From Octopus sinensis (lineage: Eukaryota), in contig NC_043011.1 in assembly GCF_006345805.1 (NCBI RefSeq), positions 31,384,464 to 31,448,463 on the forward strand: 64,000 nt of DNA, given 5' to 3'. This document shows, piece after piece, positions 12,572 through 25,052 of the stretch. Position 1 is the stretch's first letter. Each line of letters opens with the position of its first letter. A model generated the notes under the pieces. That model worked only from the letters and a program-made list of their open reading frames with translations. It ran no database searches and was not told the DNA's origin. The position numbers and the translations under genes were made by a program.

Positions 12572-12841
12572 TAGACAGGTAGATAAAATATATTTGGGAA
12601 ATGGTCTGATAATATGAGTAGACTTAATGTCTGCCGTGTATATTACAAAGATAGATTAACCAGTTCCATATAGCAAAGAAACTTATGCAACTCTGTGGAA
12701 TCAAACTGCAAATTTATTATATTCCTCACATGACAAACTGCTACACTTTTCAAATTCTCAACTCTTTAAAAACTTTTCTTTCTTATTTCCTTGGTCAGTA
12801 TCGTTTTCTTTCATTCTTTCTTTTTTTTTTAATGTGAAAAG

Positions 12842-12911
12842 TTAATTGGTATTCCGATCAGCAGAGAGGAATCATCTTTGAAAGAATCAAAACAATATCA
12901 AATTGGAATAG
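12842..12911 (+). CDS. Candidate exon (70 nt), LIGIPISREESSLKESKQYQIGI
   Basis: first AG after a long T tract; ATAG|gttaaa donor; phase 0-1. Confidence 0.4.
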
Positions 12912-13075
12912 GTTAAAGTTCAGCAAACATCAAGTGTATGGCAGTCAGTTGACTAGCAGCAAAGTTTTCATTAAGGCTCCTGCCAAAAACAGGCAACCAA
13001 TCTAATATGTAGACACTGCCTGCCAATATTGTATTCAGCAGAAATAACTCCATACTTATTCTAAGAAATGTACAG

Positions 13076-13116
13076 TATCCAATTTAAAAGGCTTTATCTC
13101 ATTCATGTTGAAACAT
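13076..13116 (+). CDS. Candidate micro-exon (41 nt), VSNLKGFISFMLKH
   Basis: gtacag acceptor and strong CAT|gtaagg donor; phase 1-0. Confidence 0.5.
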
Positions 13117-13352
13117 GTAAGGCAACATTATTAAAAGACTCTTCATATAAACCCGTCCTTTGACGACATTCAGAAATTTCAGAAATAACAACAAAATAGA
13201 AGACTTTAATTGAAAAGTTAAAAAAAATTAAAATAAAATTTTAAGAAATGAATATATAGTTTAGACAGTTCTAACTGTAATTGTCACTACAGTTGAAGTG
13301 GTATCTTATAGAAATTATAAATTTTAGCTTGTCGATATTACATTATTTTTAG

Positions 13353-13401
13353 TGCACCAAGGAAGTACGCAAGAATAATTTTCCTATATTACATTATCAA
13401 A
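13353..13401 (+). CDS. Candidate micro-exon (49 nt), CTKEVRKNNFPILHYQ
   Basis: cattatttttag acceptor and CAAA|gtaaag donor; phase 0-1. Confidence 0.4.
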
Positions 13402-13778
13402 GTAAAGATGAAGCTGAAGAATGATATATTATTAAATATTATAGACTTTCGCTGTTCGTCCATCATATGATTATTAACACTGTTTCTAGTGTAGAGTATC
13501 AGTAACCATCTTGTAGATGAACAACTGCTAAATTTATGATATTTATCCAAAACAAAAATTGCCATGTAGCATTTTGATTTACTTCCACAGGAATAATTTA
13601 TTAATGAAAAATATATATAATATAGGCACAGGTGTGGTTGTGTGGTTAAGAAGAATGCTTCCCAAACATGAGATCTCAGGTTCAGTCCTACTGTGCAGCA
13701 CCTTGGGCAAGTGTCTTCTACTATAGCACTGATGATGAAGAAATAAGTATGTAGTGGGAAGAAAAACCATATTAGTTG

Positions 13779-13866
<88 letters not shown>

Positions 13867-14558
13867 CTCCAAAATTTAGGGGACTGACCACTAAAAGTAG
13901 ACAGCCTATATGCTAAACATAGATGTCAAATCGCCATTACCACGAAGAATGTGTTCTCCAGAAAAATCTCAGCAAAAATCCAAAATGTAAAAATAAGCAA
14001 GACAAATGAAAATATATAAAAGAAAAAACGATTACCTATGTACCATTGGTTTCACTTGTTAATATTTACGTATATGGACATGCAAACATGTGCAAGATCA
14101 TCAGCATAGTCTGTCGTTTACAAAACACAATTTACAGAACTAGATACAGAATGCTCAACTGAAATCAGCATGTATAAAGTTCTACAAATTATATTTAAGT
14201 GTTAACCTAAATTGTGATTTTATGTAAACACTGCTTAGCATCATTACTCCAATATATTTGTGTGTCTGTGTTTGTTCCTCCCCACCTTTGCTTGACAACC
14301 AATGTTGGTGTGTTTGCATTCCCATAGCTTAGCGGTTCAGCAAAAGTGGCTGATAGAATAAGTACTCGACTTACAAAGAATAAATCCTGGGGTCGATTTG
14401 TTTGACTAAAGGCGGTGCTCCAGCATGGCCGCAGTGAAATGACTGAAACATATGAAAATGAAAAAAAAGAAGAAAAACTTTCTAAAAATTTCAAACCTGG
14501 GTTTGCATCCCGTCAACCGATTTCATTCCCGAGCCAGCGATTGTAACCATCTATTCAG

Positions 14559-14631
14559 GGTCAGTACTGCAGCAGGTTGCAAAAATTTTAAGTTCTTTGC
14601 TAGATGGAAGTCGAATCACTTTGGCCAAGTG
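14559..14631 (+). CDS. Candidate exon (73 nt), SVLQQVAKILSSLLDGSRITLAK
   Basis: catctattcag acceptor and AGTG|gtaaaa donor; phase 1-2; TG+G gives Trp at the next junction. Confidence 0.55.
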
Positions 14632-14959
14632 GTAAAAGTTATTTCTGTGTCCAGAATTTTGAAAGGAAGTTGTGGTGTTTTGTGTTATCAACCTTCTTGT
14701 TTCATGTGTGTTTGCGAAGCAAAATTGATGTTTCTTTTTGAACAATGCTTAAAGGAACTAGTATGCTGTTGTTTTCTTGCTGTTATTTAACACAAGGTCA
14801 GCTCTGATCAAGCATGCTATGATCAAAAGCATTCCAGCTATGACCATCTCATCTTTCATTATCTTTTCAGGACATTTTACTGAATTAATTAATGTATTAA
14901 TTTTAACATTATCTAATGTTATATTTCTTTCAAGGAGATATAGATCCTTTTTCTTGCAG

Positions 14960-15003
14960 GCCAAGTGACTTTATTGAGGATTCCTTGTTGGCTCAAAGAG
15001 CTG
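14960..15003 (+). CDS. Candidate micro-exon (44 nt), WPSDFIEDSLLAQRA
   Basis: tttttcttgcag acceptor; weaker CTG|gtgtgt donor; phase 2-1. Confidence 0.5.
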
Positions 15004-15255
15004 GTGTGTTGACAAACATGATTTTGAAATGATACGTTAGTCTTACAAAGAATAAATATGGAATAAGCAATAAAGGAGCATTAGATTCTTTAATAATATG
15101 CTAATATCCAGTATGAGATACAATCATCTTGTCCACAGTAGTATGGTAAAGTGAACATAAGGCAGCATAACAACTAAATCGAAAAAAAATTTGGAAATTT
15201 TTGATACATTGAAGAGACACATTAATTATCTTTTACCTTGTATTTTGCACTTCAG

Positions 15256-15320
15256 CTTTTGGCAGTGCGAGAAAACTGGAGGATTTTCGAAAGAAAAGGA
15301 ACGGCAAGAAAATTACAGGT
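15256..15320 (+). CDS. Candidate exon, AFGSARKLEDFRKKRNGKKITG
   Basis: ttttgcacttcag acceptor; GGT|gtaagt donor (or ACAG|gt at 15318); purine-rich coding-like composition. Confidence 0.65.
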
Positions 15321-15666
15321 GTAAGTAACTATACCTACATGCATACATACACACATGCACACATACCTATACATACACAAATGTATACATATGTACACAT
15401 ACATGCATATATATGTACACACATGCATACATATCTATGTGCACACATATACATATATACACACATATATATATGTATATATATACATATACAAATATAT
15501 ATATATATATATATATAGGTACACATACATATACACACACACACATATATATATACATACATACAAGCACACACACATTTATATACAAACATACACAAAT
15601 GCATACATACATATGTATGTGTATGTGTGTGTTTATATATATATATACACACACATGCACACACCT

Positions 15667-15699
<33 letters not shown>

Positions 15700-15792
15700 C
15701 ACATATACATACATATGTATGTATGTAAGTATCTATAATCCAGTTACATATTCTATTACAGTTTTCTGTTAATATCTGTTATCTTTTGTTAG

Positions 15793-15818
15793 GAGACAAT
15801 TATTTGCTTTCGCTTCAG
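15793..15818 (+). CDS. Optional micro-exon (26 nt), GDNYLLSLQ
   Basis: atcttttgttag acceptor and CAG|gtgaga donor; fits only if the upstream donor at 15318 is used. Confidence 0.35.
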
Positions 15819-16242
15819 GTGAGAGGCAGAGATAAGTCTTGTATTGTACAAATTAACTGTTTTGTCCGCTCCTGTAATCAGGAGCCTCTCGTCTTAGTAA
15901 TTCTAATTGATTAATACACCGTTCCAACCTCCCCGGCTGAACACATCTGCCTAGCCATGTTCTATGTTGTTTAGATTTCCTAGTGGCTTCCTGGTAACTT
16001 GACAGGCTCTGTTGTCAAAAATATTAATGTTAACAGATATCTTAGTGTTGACATATTTGATGTCATTGCCACCATCGTCATTTTAACGGCTATTTTTCCA
16101 TGCTTGTACAGGCCGGAGGGAATTTGTTGAGGAGTTATAATTCCACAGTTTGATGCCCTTCATATCGCCAACTCTAACCTTTTTCTATATAAGGTAATAT
16201 TTCTCAAAGACCAGAAAGACTGGAAATCAAGGAACACTACTT

Positions 16243-16741
16243 TATTTTATTAAATTTGCCATAAAGGCAGTACACAGAGTAAGGAAGCTTGTGGGCTGGA
16301 CACGGATATTAATGAGGTGAATGATAATGGTACAAGGATGATAAGGATGGGGGAAGACGAAAAGAGTCTGCCGACTTTTGCTTCTCTAAAACATTGTTCT
16401 TTTTTAAAAATACTGAATGAGGTTTTAACCCTTTTACAATTTTATTACACTTTATGAACTAAAAAGTCCATTACAATTATAAGCAATTTAATAAGGCGAT
16501 AAACCTATTACACAAATGAGTCCCTAATCAACTTTCTTGCCTCCTGCAGGCATTCCAGCAGCCGCAAGTTGGGGGCCCATAAACAAGATTTGTACTCTTC
16601 CTTTGAGAAGGAGTCCAATATTTGATAGAAGTTCCTTTCTTCCAGTACCCGAGCAGCCACCTGTGGAGGCCACTCTAGAATACAAGTCGAGTCTATCAGG
16701 TCCTGACTATCAAAGGAACTTTCTATAGAATTCTCTATATA
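16243..16741 (-). mobile_element. L1/Tx1-like LINE 3' fragment with 11-bp TSD GAACACTACTT
   Basis: A-rich tail; ORF end LWAPNLRLLECLQEARKLIRDSFV*; TSD at 16232-16242 and 16742-16752. Confidence 0.65.
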
Positions 16742-16844
16742 GAACACTACTTGCCTGATGGTGACCTTGGCTTTCAACAACCACACAAAAGGCAATGCAA
16801 GGAAACAGTAACATGCACCCACACGCACATATTTGTATGTGTTT

Positions 16845-17238
16845 AGGCATGGCTGTGTGGTAGGAAGCTTGCTTCCTAACCACATGGTTCTGGGCTCAGT
16901 TTCACTGTGTGGCACCTTGGGCAAATGCCTTCTACTATAGCCTCAGGCCAACCAAAGCCTTGTGAGTGGATTTGGTAGACAGAAACTGAAAGAAGACTGT
17001 CGTGTGTGTGTGTATTTATGTGCGTGTGTCTGTGTGTGTTTGTTCCCCCACCATTGCTTGATAACTGATGTTGGTGTGTTTATATCCCCATAACTTAGTG
17101 GTTCTGCAAGAGACCAATAGAATAAGTACTAGGCTTACGAAGAATAAGTCCTGGGGTTGATTTCTTTGACTAAAAAGCTCTTTAAGGTGGTGCTCCAGCA
17201 TGGCCACTGCCAAATGATTGAAACATGTAAAAGAATAA
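16845..17238 (+). mobile_element. SINE family A, full composite
   Basis: head, TG tract and tail as in 158-573. Confidence 0.8.
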
Positions 17239-17250
17239 TAGAATATATAC

Positions 17251-17283
<33 letters not shown>

Positions 17284-17439
17284 TGTAGATATATGTATGT
17301 ACTTATGCTTGTATGTATGTATATACTTACATGCATGCATATGTATCATCATCATCCAGTGCTTTAAATCTGGGTTTTGTCCCCATCAACGGGGATGACT
17401 GCCAGTGCATTTACAACATCTGTTTGCATGAAGTTGTCA

Positions 17440-19068
17440 TTGCTTGGATGATACTCAGGTGTTGTATTCGAGACAGCAGCTAGTGAGGTATGCTAATGTG
17501 TTCTCTGTAGGAGGCCTAAACCTTGGTTGCATAGATCTGGTGGAAAACACTCACCAAATTGTGGAAAATGCAATTTTAAATAAAGTTTTGGCCAAAGAAG
17601 TTTCTGATCAAGAACAAGAACAAGAACAGATCAACCATTTACAGAAAGTTGTTGATGACTTGATGTAAGGTGTTGCCAAAGCAACCAGAAGAGAGGTAGT
17701 TGATGTGAAATCTCCTCTCAATGTCAGGATTGTAAAACTTAATAAAAAGGTCCATTTCCTAGATATGGAATGTTCTGAGAGAGAAGTCAATATGGAAAGA
17801 TCTCTGAGAAATAAAATAAATGTTGAGTCAGAATTGCAATATGTCCATCAGGATTTTGTAGAAGACATTAAATCTTTCAACAAAGTCAAAAAAAAAGCTT
17901 ACACTGCAAGAGAGACTAACAGAGGTATGTTAAGGAAGCTCTGAAGTTTTCAAGTGGAGTGATGAAACGTTGGCATGATGCCAGTGTTAGCAAGATCAGC
18001 TTTAAGGAGGGAGGTGAAGTGTGACTTCATAATACCCAAGTGGAAGAAGGGACAGTCACCAAAGCTACAGAGTCCATGGGAAGGACCCTATACTGTGTTG
18101 AATCAACTGTCCAATGTGACGTACTGGATTTGAGGAGGCAAGAGGTCTCATCCTAAGATTGTCCATGTAAACCATCTGTGGAAGTACTATGGGCCCAGTC
18201 AGTTCAGCTGGGACCCTGCTGGACACATCTGTTGATGAAAATACTGAGACCAAGGGAAAGGAGTGCAAGAGCCAGAGTCACCATAAGGACTGAAATTATA
18301 AATGTTGTATGCTTTTGTTGGGTCGACAAAGGTCTAGGGAGGGGATAGTGTTATGAAGCGAGCTGGAAGAAACGTTAGCACGCCGGGCGAAATGCGTAGA
18401 CGTATTTCGTCTGCCGTTACGTTCTGAGTCCAAATTCCGCCGAGGTCGACTTTGCCTTTCATCCTTTCGGGGTCGATTAAATAAGTACCAGTTACGCACT
18501 GGGTCGATATAATCAAACTAATCCGTTTTTCTGTCCTTGTTTGTCCCCTCTATGTGTAGCCCTTTGTGGGCAGTAAAGAAATAGTTATGAAGGAGAAATA
18601 ACGTTATTGATCATGTGACTAATTTGAAGCATGCTGCACGTTTTTCTTTGTTTTGTGTGTCTTTACTGTGAGGTGGACGATTTGAACTGGTAAAGGAACG
18701 TGTAGTATGAGTTGGGGACATAAAGAACTCGGAGTGTGAAGTTGGTGGCGTAAAGAACATGGTGTGTGAAGATGGCAATATACAGTAAAAAGGATAGTCA
18801 GTGTGAAGTCGGCTACAAAAATAGTCAGTGTGATGTTCGCTACGAAGACTAAATGTGAAGTTGGCTATGAAAGCTATTGATTTATAAATGCAATGTGACC
18901 AGTTGAGGTGAACCCAAGTGACAAAGAACCACATTACACAAGACAAATAAACCTAGTATGACTACTTCTTCCTCTCTAAGCAAGTTGGCTTGCTAGGCTG
19001 GCCTATGGTTCCGTAGCTACTGATTTGAATGTTGGAGCTGTGCTGGTGTCAGGAGGCTGTATTTCACA
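17440..19068 (+). mobile_element. Degenerate, internally deleted Ty3/Gypsy LTR retrotransposon with 3' LTR (18349-19068)
   Basis: integrase GPY/F motif KKGQSPKLQSPWEGPYTVL..YWI..IVHVNHL; RT-start-like YANVFS..NLGCIDLVE; polypurine tract AGGGAGGGGATAG then TG; AATAAA near 18946; ends ..TTTCACA. Confidence 0.75.
18359..18583 (+). mobile_element. tRNA-derived SINE family B (gagctgg..gaaacgttagc), young copy, 9-bp TSD GTTATGAAG
   Basis: B-box-like GAGTCCAAATTCC; TSD at 18350-18358 and 18584-18592; related copies at 3415, 4541, about 20865-21045 (-) and about 58905-59085 (-). Confidence 0.8.
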
Positions 19069-19489
19069 GTATGTAGATAACTCCAAATCTGTTTTGGTCT
19101 TATGTAAGCCTCATCAGCTCAACATAAACTTCACTGTATTTGTTGATGTAGTCACAGTATAATGTGTACAAGTAGGTGTGAAAAATAAATGCATTACTGA
19201 AAAGTTGTATTTTTTTAATGATAAAATTAAAAAGATTACCAAGGTTAATTACTCAGAGATGCCATCTGTATGATAGGGTTAACACATTTAATGTAACAAG
19301 CCCTGCAAAAAGTTAATTAAAAATAATTATGGGATGAGAAAAAGACGACATCAGCTCAACGACTATAACTAATATTATTTAACTCAAGTGGGAGAATTTG
19401 CCAAAATATTGATGAGAGAAATAGTGGTACATTAGTAGCTGAGAGACAATAGTGCAAGTGGCATCTCTAATTAACCTCAGAGACTTATA

Positions 19490-19680
<191 letters not shown>

Positions 19681-19946
19681 TACTATTGTTGTTGTTTTAT
19701 TTTAATATACATTAGATTAGATCAGATCATTAATTTCCAAACCTATTTTGGCATAGAATCCATTTTATAATTTTCCAAAAATCCTGGAAATCTTTTCAAT
19801 AGATTATGAACCACCTCTCTTCATAAGAGGTGGTTCATAAACTATAAAAATTTTAATAAGACATTAAATGAAAACAAAAATTGATTTAGGGAGAGAGAAT
19901 TTATTAATGTATAAAAAAACAAAAAAAAAACAAAAAAAAACATATA

Positions 19947-20503
19947 TTGGGTTGTCCGGAAAGTTTGTGCTGATTTTTAAAGGAAAGAAAAAGGTCAATA
20001 AATACTTGCCATTACATTTTTAATCAACCAAATAAGATCCATTTTGTTGCACAACGCGTCTCCATCTTCCCTTTCACTTGAAAATACCCTCTTCCTAGAA
20101 TTGAGGTGGTTTCATGGCAAAGAATTCATCAAGGTATCTTTTTACGTCACCCAAGGAATTGAAATTTTTACCATGAAGACTATCCTGCAGAGACCTGAAT
20201 AAGTGGAAATCCTAAGGAGCAATATCTGGTGGGTGGGGTAACACATCCCAGCTGAGCTGCAGCAATTTTTGTCTGGTTCCCAAAGCATCAAGTGCCGAAA
20301 ATGAACTTTCTTATCTTCCATTTTAAAGGGTTACAGAATTAACACAGGTTATAGGAACATAAACCTCCTTCCACGAAAAGATAGCTTAAACTGTGCTCTA
20401 AATGGAGGTGTAGTCAAATCCTATTTTATGGACTCAACCATGTTCTAAAATAAGCCGAAAGGTAAGCTACTATAAATCGGCACAAACTTTCTGGACAACC
20501 CAA
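19947..20503 (-). mobile_element. Mariner deletion derivative (557 bp)
   Basis: TIR ttgggttgtcc.gaaagtt with TA TSDs; residual transposase C-terminus PDIAP.DFHLFRSLQ. Confidence 0.9.
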
Positions 20504-20589
20504 TAATAGCTTACTATTTTGAAAATGGTGAATAGTTTTTGTTTTATAAAATAATTTTAATCAAATTTTATTAAAAGAACCTCTACCTC

Positions 20590-20820
20590 TTACAAATTCA
20601 AAATCTTTTCACAGATTCTATTTGGATAAACCTGTTTTAGATAAAACTGTCTGACTTCTAACTGTCTCCACAGTCTGCTTAGCTTTTTTTTCTCTCTCAT
20701 GTGAATAGATTGAGTGCCATTAACTCTTTTGATATCAATCCACCTGAGACCATTCCTGCTTCTATGATACAAACATCCTGTTTTGAAGTGAGCTTCCTTC
20801 AAAATTTCATGCTAATTTGT
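20590..20820 (-). pseudogene. Highly decayed non-LTR RT fragment (possibly R4/Dong-like)
   Basis: GCLYHRSRNGLRWIDIK resembles the LYLPR..GGRGL.DI motif. Confidence 0.3.
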
Positions 20821-21784
20821 GTTCCAAACACCAGCTTAATAATGGTTTTAAATTTTGGCACAAGGTCAATAATTTCTCGGAAGGGGATGAGCCAATTAGA
20901 CCAATCCCCAGTAGTCAACTGGTACTTATTTTATGAACCCTGAAAAGATAAGTCAACCTTGGTGGAATTTGAACTCAGATTGTAAAGATGGACAAAATGC
21001 TGCTGTGAAGCATTTAGCTTGATGTGCTAGCAATTCTGCTAATGGCAGTTATTTTGCCAAATTCTTCGTTATTTTCAAAAACAATTGGAATGAAGAACAT
21101 AAAGACTCTCTCCTTTTACTGAATGCCAAACTAATACATTCCCTGTGCATGTCCTCTCGTTGTCTGTTATTGTTAATTTTATTATTTGTTTATTTGAATT
21201 GACTATCTGTATATATATATATATATATATACATACACACACTACAAATGCCGCTGGACTGGCTCCTGTGGAGGTGGCACGTAAAAAAACACCATTTGAG
21301 TGTGGCCGTTGCCAGTACCGCCTGACTGGCCCTCATGCCGGTGGCATGTAAAAGCACCCACTACACTCTCAGAGTGGTTGGCATTAGGAAGGGCATGAAG
21401 CTGTAGAAACTCTGCCAGATCAGATTGGAGGCTGGTAGAGCCATCTGGTTCACCAGTCCTCAGTCAAATCGTCCACCTCATGCTAGCATGGAAAGCAGAT
21501 GTTAGACGACGACGATGATGACGACGACTTTGAGCAGTAATATGGTAATAAAAGAGTACACTTTAGCTAGCAGAGTACAGGCATTTCAGGGGGATGGAAA
21601 AGAGATAGAGACATTACATTTTATTAATTGAACATGATTGATATAAGCACTTTCCCTCTCCTCAGACATAAAATGAAATATATGTACACACATAAACAGG
21701 GACAAAATGGGAGACGAGAGGGAACAACAGAAATGTTAAAACGTCTGATGTCAAAATTAGTCAGCATCAAAGCAGTGAGACCAA

Positions 21785-22220
21785 GTAGGCAGTTCCAAAT
21801 AGACGGTGCCAAATAGGCAGTGACAAATAGGCGGTGCCAAATAGACTGTGCCAAATAGGCAGTGCCAAATAGGCGGTGCCAAATAGGCAGTGCCAAATAG
21901 GCGGTGCCAAATAGGCGGTACCAAATAGACTCTGCCAAATAGGCAGTGCCAAATAGACTGTGCCAAATAGGCAGTGCCAAATAGACTGTGCCAAATAGGC
22001 AGTGCCAAATAGTCAATGCCAAATAGGTAGTGCCAAATAGGTAGTGCCAAATAGGCAGTGCCAAATAGACGGTGCCAAATAGGCAGTGCCAAATAGGCAG
22101 TGCCAAATAGGCAGTGCCAAATAGTCAATGCCAAATAGGTAGTGCCAAATAGGCAGTGCCAAATAGGCAGTTCCAAATAGACGGTGCCAAATAGGCGGTG
22201 CCAAATAGATGGTACCAAAA
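21785..22220 (+). repeat. 14-bp minisatellite (GTGCCAAATAGRCN) about 30 units, inside an interspersed element
   Basis: direct reading; the same left flank with about 3 units occurs inverted at 25590-25690. Confidence 0.9.
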
Positions 22221-22522
22221 TGTTTCATGCACTGGAATTCATGATTTGAGATGGATGTAGCTACCATTTGTAGTAAGTCCAGTGACAATGTAGAAGTTCT
22301 TTTGTCAGCTGGGGAGGAGATATATCAAAAATGTAATTACACAAGAGTCACATATCAGACTGACTTGGCTGTTAATGTCCGCATTTCTTCAGTTTTTACC
22401 TCAGCAAAAGTTTGTTACTGTAGCATCTCTAATCGAATAATTAAAAAATATTGCTTTATTAATTAAATTGTTCTCTAATGATATTGTTTGTTAATTAATT
22501 TGCGATTAAAAATATTTTATAG

Positions 22523-22603
22523 CTGCATCGGAAAACACTGACAAGTGAGAGTGGAAGCAGTCCGGAAGTGCTTAGACTTCGGACAAAAAAGATGTACATA
22601 GAG
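22523..22603 (+). CDS. Candidate exon (81 nt), LHRKTLTSESGSSPEVLRLRTKKMYIE
   Basis: tattttatag acceptor and GAG|gtaaat donor; phase 0-0; GC-richer island in an AT-rich intron. Confidence 0.7.
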
Positions 22604-23479
22604 GTAAATATTCTTTTGTTTTAATGATGTTGTCATCAACACTGTTGTTGCTGTTGTCATAATTTAACCCTGGGTTAGCCCTGATCCTGCTAACCTATTA
22701 ATGTGGTGAGCGTCAAAAATCTAATTAAAATAATAATTAAAAAGCAAAGAAAAGACAACAGCAGCTCCACCTTCTTCTTCTTCTTCTTCCCCTCCCCCCT
22801 CTTATCCTCCCCCTCCTTCCCTCATCCCTCATCTCCTCCTTTTCCCAACCTCCCCCACTTCCTCTTCATTCAGTAGGAGCTGAATATATAGTATTCTTTT
22901 ATTCTTTTACATGTTTTAGCTTTAAGGCTGTGGCCATGCTTGGGCACTGCCATATATATATATATATATATATATATCATCATCATCATCATCATCATCA
23001 TTTAATATCCATTGTCCATGCTGGCATGGGTTGGATGGTTTGACCATACCAGCATGGACAACGGACATTAAATGATGATGATGATAATGATGACCTTGAA
23101 CCCACAAGAGTAAGCAAGAGAGACAGAGATAGGCAGAAACAAGGAAAATGCCACTTGTATTTGAATACTATGCAAATATTCTTTTAAAAAAACTTTTCTT
23201 TTAATTTTTCCAAAATTTAATTTGTTTTCCATACTTACAGTCGAAAAAGTCTCAATGACTGAAACCGGTACTGAAATGTTTTTTATAAAAATTATTTTAG
23301 CATTTTCTACCTTGACTTTTTTTCCATATATATATGATGTACCTTGAAGTACTTGTACTTGTGGCGGCATTGGGGGTGGGTTTGAAGTGGCTTCCTGTGG
23401 TCGTGGGTCACATCCATACACACTTTGGGTGGGATAGTGTGTTCTGTAGCAGTTCATCTTGATGTTGATTGCTGAAGAT

Positions 23480-23889
23480 TCACAGACCAAGTCAAGTTGC
23501 TGTTGATTATCAGATCATATGTAGCCTGGTTTTGAGTGGACCTTGGAGGTCCACATAAAGACCCGCTTCAGTCATGAATGACCATGGGATGCACCTAGAA
23601 AGTTACCCTCTGAGGCACAAGTCTGTGCGAGGTTGTTTATGGAACACCAGCAATTGCCCTTACATACCAGCCTCCCCTCTTCATACCACTGATGTTGTTC
23701 AAGGGAAAGGCAAAGGCTGATACAGCTTGGCACCAGTGACGCCATAATTCATTTCTATAGCTGAGTGCAGTGGAGCAACATGAAATACAGTGTCTTGCTC
23801 AAGAACACAGCACACAGCCCAGTCTGGGAATTCAACTCTCTACCTCGTAATTGTGAGCCTGATTCTCTAACTACTGAGCTATGCACCTG
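23480..23889 (-). mobile_element. tRNA-derived SINE family C (GTGTTCTTGAGCAAGACAC core)
   Basis: minus-strand tRNA-like head; related copies at about 1590-1742 and 36860-37050. Confidence 0.65.
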
Positions 23890-24169
23890 AAGGTCCTCTT
23901 ATCTCTGCTTATATCACTTTTCAGCTACTCACCACAATCCTCTCTTGTAAAATCTGAGTTGTCATGTAGCTTGTCTGCATTGAGAAACCTGTTCTGCTTC
24001 AGCCCTTTTCTCTCTTACTTTTACTCCTCCTTACTATACACTTGTACATACCATATTTTTGTCCAGGCTTTCTTCCAATAAAATCATGGTATTTCAAGCA
24101 TCAAGAATTAACAATTATTCATTATAAGATTAAGCTGATGATTCAAAGTGGTCTCACCTGACCTGTTTG

Positions 24170-24396
24170 GCCCTTTGACATTCATGTTATTCTGTTAAAT
24201 GTAAGGCTTATTTATTCACATTGATTTTAAATAATAATGCATTTATCTTGTAGCTTTGACATTTTGATAAGGTAACTATTTATGTTTAGAATGACATTGT
24301 AGGATTGGTGTGAGAGGCTGGATCTGGCTAGCTTTTAACATAAAACAGGCAGGATATTTTGGTCGGATATAGCCAGTTTAAATGAGAAAGGGTTAA
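24170..24396. mobile_element. piggyBac-type MITE (decayed)
   Basis: ccctttgacatt ... aatgagaaaggg followed by TTAA. Confidence 0.45.
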
Positions 24397-24494
24397 AATA
24401 ACTAAAAAAGATAATAGCATTTCTGTATGCATCTCTTATGATGCTAGCTTACACCAAACACTAATACTACTGAGGGATTAAATACTTTGTAATA

Positions 24495-25052
24495 TTGGGT
24501 TGTCCAGAAAGTTCATGCCGATTTATAGTAGCTTACCTTTCGACTTATTTTAGAACATGGTTGAGTCCATAAAATAGGATTTGACTACACCTCCATTTAG
24601 AGCACAGTTTAAGCTATCTTTCTGTGGAAGAAGGTTTATGTTCCTATAACCTATGTTAATTCTGTAACCCTTTAAAATGGAAGATAAGAAAGTTCATTTT
24701 CGGCACTTGATGCTTTGGGAACCAGACAAAAATTGCTGCAGCTCAGCTGGGATGTGTTACCCCACCCACCAGATATTGCTCCTTAGGATTTCCACTTATT
24801 CAGGTCTCTGCAGGATAGTCTTCATGGTAAAAATTTCAATTCCTTGGATGACATAAAAAGATACCTTGATGAATTCTTTGCCATGAAACCACTTTCAATT
24901 CTGGGAAGAGGGTATTTTCAAGTTAAAGGAAAGATGGAGACACATTGTGCAACAAAATGGTTCATATTTGGTTGATTAAAAATGTAATGGCAAGTATTTA
25001 TTGACCTTTTTCTTTCCTTTAAAAATCGGCAGGAACTTTCCGGACAACCCAA
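24495..25052 (+). mobile_element. Mariner deletion derivative (558 bp), inverted relative to 19947-20503
   Basis: same TIRs, TA TSDs and the same internal deletion junction. Confidence 0.9.

Noticed and set aside
21785-22220. CRISPR-like regular repeats (also the 63-bp array at 45.2-45.5 kb)
   Set aside because: Head-to-tail tandem units without unique spacers, eukaryotic context, no cas genes.
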